Shown here: positions 27,701 to 41,956 of the stretch, in pieces
How positions within the stretch are numbered: the first letter of the stretch is position 1
How the letters are laid out: every line of letters begins with the position of its first letter
DNA from: Auanema rhodensis
Taxonomy: Eukaryota > Animalia > Nematoda
NCBI GenBank assembly: GCA_964057225.1
Contig: OZ059894.1
Location: forward strand, 18,972,001-19,036,000
DNA length: 64,000 nucleotides
Direction of reading: 5' to 3'
The notes under the pieces: generated by a model
Seen by the model: the letters and a program-made list of their open reading frames with translations, nothing else
What the model was told of the DNA's origin: nothing
Databases searched by the model: none
Translations under genes and position numbers: made by a program

Positions 27701-30700
27701 AAAACTTTTTTCGAAAAATTTCAAAATAATTTAGCAAAAAGTAGATGTTTTTAGATTCCTTTTTTCAAGGCAAAGACGATGGACAATGTTATTCAACGAA
27801 AAAATTAATTCTTCAGGGTGAAAATCGAGGATATAAGTGTGAACTTATATCAGTTGATATCTCGGTGCATTTTTAAGCTAGCGCAAATCTGATAACACAG
27901 ATCGACGCAGCTTAAAAATCCGCATCGAATGCACTATACTACATTGAGAAACGCTTAATACAAAAATTAGTTATGATCGTTTGAAAAATGATGCATTAGT
28001 GTATGTTGAGTTTCCATGTACACTCAACATTGCTTCCAAAAACATTTTGACAAAACTTTTTTCGAAAAATTTCAAGATAATTTAGCAAAAAATAGATGTT
28101 TTTAGATTCCTTTTTTCAAGGCAAAGACGATGGACAATGTTATTCAACGAAAAAATTAATTCTTCAGGGTGAAAATCGAGGATATAAGTGTGAACTTATA
28201 TCAGTTGATATCTCGGTGCATTTTTAAGCTAGCGCAAATCTGATAACACAGATCGACGCAGCTTAAAAATCCGCATCGAATGCACTATACTACATTGAGA
28301 AACGCCTAATACAAAAATTAGTTATGATCGTTTGAAAAATGATCCATTAGTGTATGTTGAGTTTCCATGTACACTCAACATTGCTTCCAAAAACATTTTG
28401 ACAAAAATTTTTTCGAAAAATTTCAAAATAAATTAGCAAAAAATAGATGTTTTTAGATTCCTTTTTTCAAGGCGAAGACGATGGACAATGTTATTCAACG
28501 AAAAAATTAATTCTTCAGGGTGAAAATCGAGGATATAAGTGTGAACTTATATCAGTTGATATCTCGGTGCATTTTTAAGCTAGCGCAAATCTGATAACAC
28601 AGATCGACGCAGCTTAAGAATCCGCATCGAATGCACTATACTACATTGAGAAACGCTTAATACAAAAATTAGTTATGATCGTTTGAAAAATGATGCATTA
28701 GTGTATGTTGAGTTTCCATGTACACTCAACATTGCTTCCAAAAACATTTTGACAAAAATTTTTTCGAAAAATTTCAAAATAAATTAGCAAAAAATAGATG
28801 TTTTTGGATTCCTTTTTTCAAGGCAAAGACGATGGACAATGTTATTCAACGAAAACATTAATTCTTCAGGGTGAAAATCGAGGATATAAGTGTGAACTTA
28901 TATCAGTTGATATCTCGGTGCATTTTTAAGCTAGCGCAAATCTGATAACACAGATCGACGCAGCTTAAAAATCCGCATCGAATGCACTATACTACATTGA
29001 GAAACGCTTAATACAAAAATTAGTTATGATCGTTTGAAAAATGATGCATTAGTGTATGTTGAGTTTCCATGTACACTCAACATTGCTTCCAAAAACATTT
29101 TGACAAAAATTTTTTCGAAAAATTTCAAAATAAATTAGCAAAAAATAGATGTTTTTAGATTCCTTTTTTCAAGGCAAAGACGATGGACAATGTTATTCAA
29201 CGAAAAAATTAATTCTTCAGGGTGAAAATCGAGGATATAAGTGTGAACTTATATCAGTTGATATCTCGGTGCATTTTTAAGCTAGCGCAAATCTGATAAC
29301 ACAGATCGACGCAGCTTAAAAATTTGCATTGAATGCACTATACTACATTGAGAAACGCTTAATACAAAAATTAGTTATGATCGTTTGAAAAATGATCCAT
29401 TAGTGTATGTTGAGTTTCCATGTACACTCAACATTGCTTCCAAAAACATTTTGACAAAACTTTTTTCGAAAAATTTCAAGATAATTTAGCAAAAAGTAGA
29501 TGTTTTTAGATTCCTTTTTTCAAGGCAAAAACGATGGACAATGTTATTCAACGAAAAAATTAATTCTTCAGGGTGAAAATCGAGGATATAAGTGTGAACT
29601 TATATCAGTTGATATCTCGGTGCATTTTTAAGCTAGCGCAAATCTGATAACACAGATCGACGCAGCTTAAAAATTTGCATTGAATGCACTATACTACATT
29701 GAGAAACGCTTAATACAAAAATTAGTTATGATCGTTTGAAAAATGATCCATTAGTGTATGTTGAGTTTCCATGTACACTCAACATTGCTTCCAAAAACAT
29801 TTTGACAAAACTTTTTTCGAAAAATTTCAAGATAATTTAGCAAAAAATAGATGTTTTTAGATTCCTTTTTTCAAGGCAAAGACGATGGACAATGTTATTC
29901 AACGAAAAAATTAATTCTTCAGGGTGAAAATCGAGGATATAAGTGTGAACTTATATCAGTTGATATCTCGGTGCATTTTTAAGCTAGCGCAAATCTGATA
30001 ACACAGATCGACGCAGCTTAAGAATCCGCATCGAATGCACTATACTACATTGAGAAACGCTTAATACAAAAATTAGTTATGATCGTTTGAAAAATGATCC
30101 ATTAGTGTATGTTGAGTTTCCATGTACACTCAACATTGCTTCCAAAAACATTTTGACAAAACTTTTTTCGAAAAATTTCAGAATAATTTAGCAAAAAGTA
30201 GATGTTTTTAGATTCCTTTTTTCAAGGCAAAGACGATGGACAATGTTATTCAACGAAAAAATTAATTCTTCAGGGTGAAAATCGAGGATATAAGTGTGAA
30301 CTTATATCAGTTGATATCTCGGTGCATTTTTAAGCTAGCGCAAATCTGATAACACAGATCGACGCAGCTTAAAAATCCGCATCGAATGCACTATACTACA
30401 TTGAGAAACGCTTAATACAAAAGTTAGTTATGATCGTTTGAAAAATGATGCATTAGTGTATGTTGAGTTTCCATGTACACTCAACATTGCTTCCAAAAAC
30501 ATTTTGACAAAAATTTTTTCGAAAAATTTCAAAATAAATTAGCAAAAAGTAGATGTTTTTAGATTCCTTTTTTTCAAGGCAAAGACGATGGACAATGTTA
30601 TTCAACGAAAAAATTAATTCTTCAGGGTGAAAATCGAGGATATAAGTGTGAACTTATATCAGTTGATATCTCGGTGCATTTTTAAGCTAGCGCAAATCTG

Positions 30701-31954
30701 ATAACACAGATCGACGCAGCTTAAAAATCCGCATCGAATGCACTATACTACATTGAGAAACGCTTAATACAAAAATTAGTTATGATCGTTTGAAAAATGA
30801 TGCATTAGTGTATGTTGAGTTTCCATGTACACTCAACATTGCTTCCAAAAACATTTTGACAAAAATTTTTTCGAAAAATTTCAAAATAATTTAGCAAAAA
30901 GTAGATGTTTTTAGATTCCTTTTTTCAAGGCAAAGACGATGGACAATGTTATTCAACGAAAAAATTAATTCTTCAGGGTGAAAATCGAGGATATAAGTGT
31001 GAACTTATATCAGTTGATATCTCGGTGCATTTTTAAGCTAGCGCAAATCTGATAACACAGATCGACGCAGCTTAAAAATCCGCATCGAATGCACTATACT
31101 ACATTAAGAAACGCTTAATACAAAAATTAGTTATGATCGTTTGAAAAATGATGCATTAGTGTATGTTGAGTTTCCATGTACACTCAACATTGCTTCCAAA
31201 AACATTTTGACAAAAATTTTTTCGAAAAATTTCAGAATAATTCAGCAAAAAGTAGATGATTTTAGATTCCATTTTTCAAAGCAAAGACGATGAACAATGT
31301 TATTCAACGAAAAAATTAATTCTTCAGGGTGAAAATCGAGGATATAAGTGTGAACTTATATCAGTTGATATCTCGGTGCATTTTTAAGCTAGCGCAAATC
31401 TGATAACACAGATCGACGCAGCTTAAGAATCCGCATCGAATGCACTATACTACATTGAGAAACGCTTAATACAAAAATTAGTTATGATCGTTTGAAAAAT
31501 GATCCATTAGTGTATGTTGAGTTTCCATGTACACTCAACATTGCTTCCAAAAACATTTTGACAAAACTTTTTTCGAAAAATTTCAAAATAATTTAGCAAA
31601 AAGTAGATGTTTTTAGATTCCTTTTTTCAAGGCAAAGACGATGGACAATGTTATTCAACGAAAAAATTAATTCTTCAGGGTGAAAATCGAGGATATAAGT
31701 GTGAACTTATATCAGTTGATATCTCGGTGCATTTTTAAGCTAGCGCAAATCTGATAACACAGATCGACGCAGCTTAAAAATCCGCATCGAATGCACTATA
31801 CTACATTGAGAAACGCTTAATACAAAAATTAGTTATGATCGTTTGAAAAATGATGCATTAGTGTATGTTGAGTTTCCATGTACACTCAACATTGCTTCCA
31901 AAAACATTTTGACAAAAATTTTTTCGAAAAATTTCAAAATAAATTAGCAAAAAA

Positions 31955-34900
31955 TAGATGTTTTTAGATTCCTTTTTTCAAGGCAAAGACGATGGACAAT
32001 GTTATTCAACGAAAAAATTAATTCTTCAGGGTGAAAATCGAGGATATAAGTGTGAACTTATATCAGTTGATATCTCGGTGCATTTTTAAGCTAGCGCAAA
32101 TCTGATAACACAGATCGACGCAGCTTAAGAATCCGCATCGAATGCACTATACTACATTGAGAAACGCTCAATACAAAAATTAGTTATGATCGTTTGAAAA
32201 ATGATCCATTAGTGTATGTTGAGTTTCCATGTACACTCAACATTGCTTCCAAAAACATTTTGACAAAACTTTTTTCGAAAAATTTCAAAATAATTTAGCA
32301 AAAAGTAGATGTTTTTAGATTCCTTTTTTCAAGGCAAAGACGATGGACAATGTTATTCAACGAAAAAATTAATTCTTCAGGGTGAAAATCGAGGATATAA
32401 GTGTGAACTTATATCAGTTGATATCTCGGTGCATTTTTAAGCTAGCGCAAATCTGATAACACAGATCGACGCAGCTTAAAAATCCGCATCGAATGCACTA
32501 TACTACATTGAGAAACGCTTAATACAAAAATTAGTTATGATCGTTTGAAAAATGATGCATTAGTGTATGTTGAGTTTCCATGTACACTCAACATTGCTTC
32601 CAAAAACATTTTGACAAAAATTTTTTCGAAAAATTTCAAAATAAATTAGCAAAAAATAGATGTTTTTAGATTCCTTTTTTCAAGGCAAAGACGATGGACA
32701 ATGTTATTCAACGAAAAAATTAATTCTTCAGGGTGAAAATCGAGGATATAAGTGTGAACTTATATCAGTTGATATCTCGGTGCATTTTTAAGCTAGCGCA
32801 AATCTGATAACACAGATCGACGCAGCTTAAAAATCCGCATCGAATGCACTATACTACATTGAGAAACGCTTAATACAAAAATTAGTTATGATCGTTTGAA
32901 AAATGATGCATTAGTGTATGTTGAGTTTCCATGTACACTCAACATTGCTTCCAAAAACATTTTGACAAAATTTTTTTCGAAAAATTTCAAAATAAATTAG
33001 CAAAAAATAGATGTTTTTGGATTCCTTTTTTCAAGGCAAAGACGATGGACAATGTTATTCAACGAAAAAATTAATTCTTCAGGGTGAAAATCGAGGATAT
33101 AAGTGTGAACATATATCAGTTGATATCTCGGTGCATTTTTAAGCTAGCGCAAATCTGATAACACAGATCGACGCAGCTTAAAAATCCGCATTGAATGCAC
33201 TATACTACATTGAGAAACGCTTAATACAAAAATTAGTTATGATCGTTTGAAAAATGATCCATTAGTGTATGTTGAGTTTCCATGTACACTCAACATTGCT
33301 TCCAAAAACATTTTGACAAAATTTTTTTCGAAAAATTTCAAAATAAATTAGCAAAAAATAGATGTTTTTAGATTCCTTTTTTCAAGGCAAAGACGATGGA
33401 CAATGTTATTCAACGAAAAAATTAATTCTTCAGGGTGAAAATCGAGGATATAAGTGTGAACTTATATCAGTTGATATCTCGGTGCATTTTTAAGCTAGCG
33501 CAAATCTGATAACACAGATCGACGCAGCTTAAAAATCCGCATCGAATGCACTATACTACACTGAGAAACGCTTAATACAAAAATTAGTTATGATCGTTTG
33601 AAAAATGATGCATTAGTGTATGTTGAGTTTCCATGTACACTCAACATTGCTTCCAAAAACATTTTGACAAAAATTTTTTCGAAAAATTTCAAAATAAATT
33701 AGCAAAAAATAGATGTTTTTAGAGTTCTTTTTTCAAGGCAAAGACGATGGACAATGTTATTCAACGAAAAAATTAATTCTTCAGGGTGAAAATCGAGGAT
33801 ATAAGTGTGAACTTATATCAGTTGATATCTCGGTGCATTTTTAAGCTAGCGGAAATCTGATAACACAGATCGACGCAGCTTAAAAATCCGCATCGAATGC
33901 CTTATACTACATTGAGAAACGCTTAATACAAAAATTAGTTATGATCGTTTGAAAAATGATGCATTAGTGTATGTTGAGTTTCCATGTACACTCAACATTG
34001 CTTCCAAAAACATTTTGACAAAAATTTTTTCGAAAAATTTCAGAATAATTCAGCAAAAAGTAGATGATTTTAGATTCCATTTTTCAAAGCAAAGACGATG
34101 AACAATGTTATTCAACGAAAAAATTAATTCTTCAGGGTGAAAATCGAGGATATAAGTGTGAACTTATATCAGTTGATATCTCGGTGCATTTTTAAGCTAG
34201 CGCAAATCTGATAACACAGATCGACGCAGCTTAAAAATCCGCATCGAATGCACTATACTACATTGAGAAACGCTTATTACAAAAATTAGTTATGATCGTT
34301 TGAAAAATGATGCATTAGTGTATGTTGAGTTTCCATGTACACTCAACATTGCTTCCAAAAACATTTTGACAAAAATTTTTTCGAAAAATTTCAAAATAAA
34401 TTAGCAAAAAATAGATGTTTTTAGATTCCTTTTTTCAAGGCAAAGACGATGGACAATGTTATTCAACGAAAAAATTAATTCTTCAGGGTGAAAATCGAGG
34501 ATATAAGTGTGAACTTATATCAGTTGATATCTCGGTGCATTTTTAAGCTAGCGCAAATCTGATAACACAGATCGACGCAGCTTAAAAATCCGCATCGAAT
34601 GCACTATACTACATTGAGAAACGCTTATTACAAAAATTAGTTATGATCGTTTGAAAAATGATGCATTAGTGTATGTTGAGTTTCCATGTACACTCAACAT
34701 TGCTTCCAAAAACATTTTGACAAAAATTTTTTCGAAAAAATTCAAAATAAATTAGCAAAAAATAGATGTTTTTAGATTCCTTTTTTCAAGGCAAAAACGA
34801 TGGAAAATGTTATTCAACGAAAAAATTAATTCTTCAGGGTGAAAATCGAGGATATAAGTGTGAACTTATATCAGTTGATATCTCGGTGCATTTTTAAGCT

Positions 34901-37900
34901 AGCGCAAATCTGATAACACAGATCGACGCAGCTTAAAAATCCGCATCGAATGCACTATACTACATTTAGAAACGCTTAATACAAAAATTAGTTATGATCG
35001 TTTGAAAAATGATGCATTAGTGTATGTTGAGTTTCCATGTACACTCAACATTGCTTCCAAAAACATTTTGACAAACATTTTTTCAAAAAATTTCAAAATA
35101 AATTAGCAAAAAGTAGATGTTTTTAGATTCCTTTTTTCAAGGCAAAGACGATGGACAATGTTATTCAACGAAAAAATTAATTCTTCAGGGTGAAAATCGA
35201 AGATATAAGTGTGAACTTATATCAGTTGATATCTCGGTGCATTTTTAAGCTAGCGCAAATCTGATAACACAGATCGACGCAGCTTAAAAATCCGCATCGA
35301 ATGCACTATACTACATTGAGAAACGCTTAATACAAAAATTAGTTATGATCGTTTGAAAAATGATGCATTAGTGTATGTTGAGTTTCCATGTACACTCAAC
35401 ATTGCTTCCAAAAACATTTTGACAAAAATTTTTTCGAAAAATTTCAAAATAATTTAGCAAAAAGTAGATGTTTTTAGATTCCTTTTTTCAAGGCAAAGAC
35501 GATGAACAATGTTTATCAACGATAAAATTAATTATTCAGGGTGAAAATCGAGGATATAAGTGTGAACTTATATCAGTTGATATCTCGGTGCATTTTTAAG
35601 CTAGCGCAAATCTGATAACACAGATCGACACAGCTTAAAAATCCGCATCAAATGCACTATACTACATTGAGAAACGCTCAATACAAAAATTAGTTATGAT
35701 CGTTTGAAGAATGATGAATTAGTGTATGTTGAGTTTCCATGTACACTCAACATTGCTTCCAAAAACATTTTGACAAAAATTTTTTCAAAAAATTTCAAAA
35801 TAAATTAGCAAAAAGTAGATGTTTTTAGATTCCATTTTTTAAGGCAAAGACGATGGACAATGTTATTCAACGAAAAAATTAATTCTTCAGGGTGAAAATC
35901 GAGGATATAAGTGTGAACTTATATCAGTTGATATCTCGGTGCATTTTTAAGCTAGCGCAAATCTGATAACACAGATCGACGCAGCTTAAAAATCCGCATC
36001 GAATGCACTATACTACATTTAGAAACGCTTAATACAAAAACTAGTTATGATCAATTGAAAAATGATGCATTAGTGTATGTTGAGTTTCCATGTACACTCA
36101 ACATTGCTTCCAAAAACATTTTGACAAAAATTTTTTCGAAAAATTTCAAAATAATTTAGCAAAAAGTAGATGTTTTTAGATTCCATTTTTTAAGGCAAAG
36201 ACGATGGACAATGTTATTCAACGAAAAAATTAATTCTTCAGGGTGAAAATCGAGGATATAAGTGTGAACTTATATCAGTTGATATCTCGGTGCATTTTTA
36301 AGCTAGCGCAAATCTGATAACACAGATCGACGCAGCTTAAAAATCCGCATCGAATGCACTATACTACATTGAGAAACGCTTAATACAAAAATTAGTTATG
36401 ATCAATTGAAAAATGATGCATTAGTGTATGTTGAGTTTCCATGTACACTCAACATTGCTTCCAAAAACATTTTGACAAAAATTTTTTCGAAAAATTTCAG
36501 AATAATTTAGCAAAAAGTAGATGTTTTTAGATTCCTTTTTTTAAGGCAAAGACGATGGACAATGTTATTCAACGAAAAAATTAATTCTTCAGGGTGAAAA
36601 TCGAGGATATAAGTGTGAACTTATATCAGTTGATATCTCGGTGCATTTTTAAGCTAGCGCAAATCTGATAACACAGATCGACGCAGCTTAAAAATCCGCA
36701 TCGAATGCACTATACTTCATCGAGAAACGCTTAATACAAAAATTAGTTATGATCGTTTGAAAAATGATGCATTAGTGTATGTTGAGTTTCCATGTACACT
36801 CAACATTGCTTCCAAAAACATTTTGACAAAAATTTTTTCGAAAAATTTCAGAATAAATTAGCAAAAAGTAGATGTTTTTAGATTCCTTTTTTCAAGGCAA
36901 AGACGATGGACAATGTTATTCAACGAAAAAATTAATTCTTCAGGGTGAAAATCGAGGATATAAGTGTGAACTTATATCAGTTGATATCTCGGTGCATTTT
37001 TAAGCTAGCGCAAATCTGATAACACAGATCGACGCAGCTTAAGAATCCGCATCGAATGCACTATACTACATTGAGAAACGCTCAATACAAAAATTAGTTA
37101 TGATCGTTTGAAAAATGATCCATTAGTGTATGTTGAGTTTCCATGTACACTCAACATTGCTTCCAAAAACATTTTGACAAAACTTTTTTCGAAAAATTTC
37201 AAAATAATTTAGCAAAAAGTAGATGTTTTTAGATTCCTTTTTTCAAGGCAAAGACGATGGACAATGTTATTCAACGAAAAAATTAATTCTTCAGGGTGAA
37301 AATCGAGGATATAAGTGTGAACTTATATCAGTTGATATCTCGGTGCATTTTTAAGCTAGCGCAAATCTGATAACACAGATCGACGCAGCTTAAAAATCCG
37401 CATCGAATGCACTATACTACATTGAGAAACGCTTAATACAAAAATTAGTTATGATCGTTTGAAAAATGATGCATTAGTGTATGTTGAGTTTCCATGTACA
37501 CTCAACATTGCTTCCAAAAACATTTTGACAAAAATTTTTTCGAAAAATTTCAAAATAAATTAGCAAAAAATAGATGTTTTTAGATTCCTTTTTTCAAGGC
37601 AAAGACGATGGACAATGTTATTCAACGAAAAAATTAATTCTTCAGGGTGAAAATCGAGGATATAAGTGTGAACTTATATCAGTTGATATCTCGGTGCATT
37701 TTTAAGCTAGCGCAAATCTGATAACACAGATCGACGCAGCTTAAAAATCCGCATCGAATGCACTATACTACATTGAGAAACGCTTAATACAAAAATTAGT
37801 TATGATCGTTTGAAAAATGATGCATTAGTGTATGTTGAGTTTCCATGTACACTCAACATTGCTTCCAAAAACATTTTGACAAAATTTTTTTCGAAAAATT

Positions 37901-40900
37901 TCAAAATAAATTAGCAAAAAATAGATGTTTTTGGATTCCTTTTTTCAAGGCAAAGACGATGGACAATGTTATTCAACGAAAAAATTAATTCTTCAGGGTG
38001 AAAATCGAGGATATAAGTGTGAACATATATCAGTTGATATCTCGGTGCATTTTTAAGCTAGCGCAAATCTGATAACACAGATCGACGCAGCTTAAAAATC
38101 CGCATTGAATGCACTATACTACATTGAGAAACGCTTAATACAAAAATTAGTTATGATCGTTTGAAAAATGATCCATTAGTGTATGTTGAGTTTCCATGTA
38201 CACTCAACATTGCTTCCAAAAACATTTTGACAAAATTTTTTTCGAAAAATTTCAAAATAAATTAGCAAAAAATAGATGTTTTTAGATTCCTTTTTTCAAG
38301 GCAAAGACGATGGACAATGTTATTCAACGAAAAAATTAATTCTTCAGGGTGAAAATCGAGGATATAAGTGTGAACTTATATCAGTTGATATCTCGGTGCA
38401 TTTTTAAGCTAGCGCAAATCTGATAACACAGATCGACGCAGCTTAAAAATCCGCATCGAATGCACTATACTACACTGAGAAACGCTTAATACAAAAATTA
38501 GTTATGATCGTTTGAAAAATGATGCATTAGTGTATGTTGAGTTTCCATGTACACTCAACATTGCTTCCAAAAACATTTTGACAAAAATTTTTTCGAAAAA
38601 TTTCAAAATAAATTAGCAAAAAATAGATGTTTTTAGAGTTCTTTTTTCAAGGCAAAGACGATGGACAATGTTATTCAACGAAAAAATTAATTCTTCAGGG
38701 TGAAAATCGAGGATATAAGTGTGAACTTATATCAGTTGATATCTCGGTGCATTTTTAAGCTAGCGGAAATCTGATAACACAGATCGACGCAGCTTAAAAA
38801 TCCGCATCGAATGCCTTATACTACATTGAGAAACGCTTAATACAAAAATTAGTTATGATCGTTTGAAAAATGATGCATTAGTGTATGTTGAGTTTCCATG
38901 TACACTCAACATTGCTTCCAAAAACATTTTGACAAAAATTTTTTCGAAAAATTTCAGAATAATTCAGCAAAAAGTAGATGATTTTAGATTCCATTTTTCA
39001 AAGCAAAGACGATGAACAATGTTATTCAACGAAAAAATTAATTCTTCAGGGTGAAAATCGAGGATATAAGTGTGAACTTATATCAGTTGATATCTCGGTG
39101 CATTTTTAAGCTAGCGCAAATCTGATAACACAGATCGACGCAGCTTAAAAATCCGCATCGAATGCACTATACTACATTGAGAAACGCTTATTACAAAAAT
39201 TAGTTATGATCGTTTGAAAAATGATGCATTAGTGTATGTTGAGTTTCCATGTACACTCAACATTGCTTCCAAAAACATTTTGACAAAAATTTTTTCGAAA
39301 AATTTCAAAATAAATTAGCAAAAAATAGATGTTTTTAGATTCCTTTTTTCAAGGCAAAGACGATGGACAATGTTATTCAACGAAAAAATTAATTCTTCAG
39401 GGTGAAAATCGAGGATATAAGTGTGAACTTATATCAGTTGATATCTCGGTGCATTTTTAAGCTAGCGCAAATCTGATAACACAGATCGACGCAGCTTAAA
39501 AATCCGCATCGAATGCACTATACTACATTGAGAAACGCTTATTACAAAAATTAGTTATGATCGTTTGAAAAATGATGCATTAGTGTATGTTGAGTTTCCA
39601 TGTACACTCAACATTGCTTCCAAAAACATTTTGACAAAAATTTTTTCGAAAAAATTCAAAATAAATTAGCAAAAAATAGATGTTTTTAGATTCCTTTTTT
39701 CAAGGCAAAAACGATGGAAAATGTTATTCAACGAAAAAATTAATTCTTCAGGGTGAAAATCGAGGATATAAGTGTGAACTTATATCAGTTGATATCTCGG
39801 TGCATTTTTAAGCTAGCGCAAATCTGATAACACAGATCGACGCAGCTTAAAAATCCGCATCGAATGCACTATACTACATTTAGAAACGCTTAATACAAAA
39901 ATTAGTTATGATCGTTTGAAAAATGATGCATTAGTGTATGTTGAGTTTCCATGTACACTCAACATTGCTTCCAAAAACATTTTGACAAACATTTTTTCAA
40001 AAAATTTCAAAATAAATTAGCAAAAAGTAGATGTTTTTAGATTCCTTTTTTCAAGGCAAAGACGATGGACAATGTTATTCAACGAAAAAATTAATTCTTC
40101 AGGGTGAAAATCGAAGATATAAGTGTGAACTTATATCAGTTGATATCTCGGTGCATTTTTAAGCTAGCGCAAATCTGATAACACAGATCGACGCAGCTTA
40201 AAAATCCGCATCGAATGCACTATACTACATTGAGAAACGCTTAATACAAAAATTAGTTATGATCGTTTGAAAAATGATGCATTAGTGTATGTTGAGTTTC
40301 CATGTACACTCAACATTGCTTCCAAAAACATTTTGACAAAAATTTTTTCGAAAAATTTCAAAATAATTTAGCAAAAAGTAGATGTTTTTAGATTCCTTTT
40401 TTCAAGGCAAAGACGATGAACAATGTTTATCAACGATAAAATTAATTATTCAGGGTGAAAATCGAGGATATAAGTGTGAACTTATATCAGTTGATATCTC
40501 GGTGCATTTTTAAGCTAGCGCAAATCTGATAACACAGATCGACACAGCTTAAAAATCCGCATCAAATGCACTATACTACATTGAGAAACGCTCAATACAA
40601 AAATTAGTTATGATCGTTTGAAGAATGATGAATTAGTGTATGTTGAGTTTCCATGTACACTCAACATTGCTTCCAAAAACATTTTGACAAAAATTTTTTC
40701 AAAAAATTTCAAAATAAATTAGCAAAAAGTAGATGTTTTTAGATTCCATTTTTTAAGGCAAAGACGATGGACAATGTTATTCAACGAAAAAATTAATTCT
40801 TCAGGGTGAAAATCGAGGATATAAGTGTGAACTTATATCAGTTGATATCTCGGTGCATTTTTAAGCTAGCGCAAATCTGATAACACAGATCGACGCAGCT

Positions 40901-41956
40901 TAAAAATCCGCATCGAATGCACTATACTACATTTAGAAACGCTTAATACAAAAACTAGTTATGATCAATTGAAAAATGATGCATTAGTGTATGTTGAGTT
41001 TCCATGTACACTCAACATTGCTTCCAAAAACATTTTGACAAAAATTTTTTCGAAAAATTTCAAAATAATTTAGCAAAAAGTAGATGTTTTTAGATTCCAT
41101 TTTTTAAGGCAAAGACGATGGACAATGTTATTCAACGAAAAAATTAATTCTTCAGGGTGAAAATCGAGGATATAAGTGTGAACTTATATCAGTTGATATC
41201 TCGGTGCATTTTTAAGCTAGCGCAAATCTGATAACACAGATCGACGCAGCTTAAAAATCCGCATCGAATGCACTATACTACATTGAGAAACGCTTAATAC
41301 AAAAATTAGTTATGATCAATTGAAAAATGATGCATTAGTGTATGTTGAGTTTCCATGTACACTCAACATTGCTTCCAAAAACATTTTGACAAAAATTTTT
41401 TCGAAAAATTTCAGAATAATTTAGCAAAAAGTAGATGTTTTTAGATTCCTTTTTTTAAGGCAAAGACGATGGACAATGTTATTCAACGAAAAAATTAATT
41501 CTTCAGGGTGAAAATCGAGGATATAAGTGTGAACTTATATCAGTTGATATCTCGGTGCATTTTTAAGCTAGCGCAAATCTGATAACACAGATCGACGCAG
41601 CTTAAAAATCCGCATCGAATGCACTATACTTCATCGAGAAACGCTTAATACAAAAATTAGTTATGATCGTTTGAAAAATGATGCATTAGTGTATGTTGAG
41701 TTTCCATGTACACTCAACATTGCTTCCAAAAACATTTTGACAAAAATTTTTTCGAAAAATTTCAGAATAAATTAGCAAAAAGTAGATGTTTTTAGATTCC
41801 TTTTTTCAAGGCAAAGACGATGGACAATGTTATTCAACGAAAAAATTAATTCTTCAGGGTGAAAATCGAGGATATAAGTGTGAACTTATATCAGTTGATA
41901 TCTCGGTGCATTTTTAAGCTAGCGCAAATCTGATAACACAGATCGACGCAGCTTAA
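31955..41956. repeat. Tandem duplication of a 14-monomer (4914-bp) higher-order unit
   Basis: Many rare variants recur at exactly +4914: cgctCa 32169/37083, gaacAtat 33111/38025, agaGTtc 33721/38635, gcGgaa, tgcCtta, ttCagcaaaaagtagatgAtt, gttTAtcaacgaTaa, tacTtcatCgag. Confidence 0.95.
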
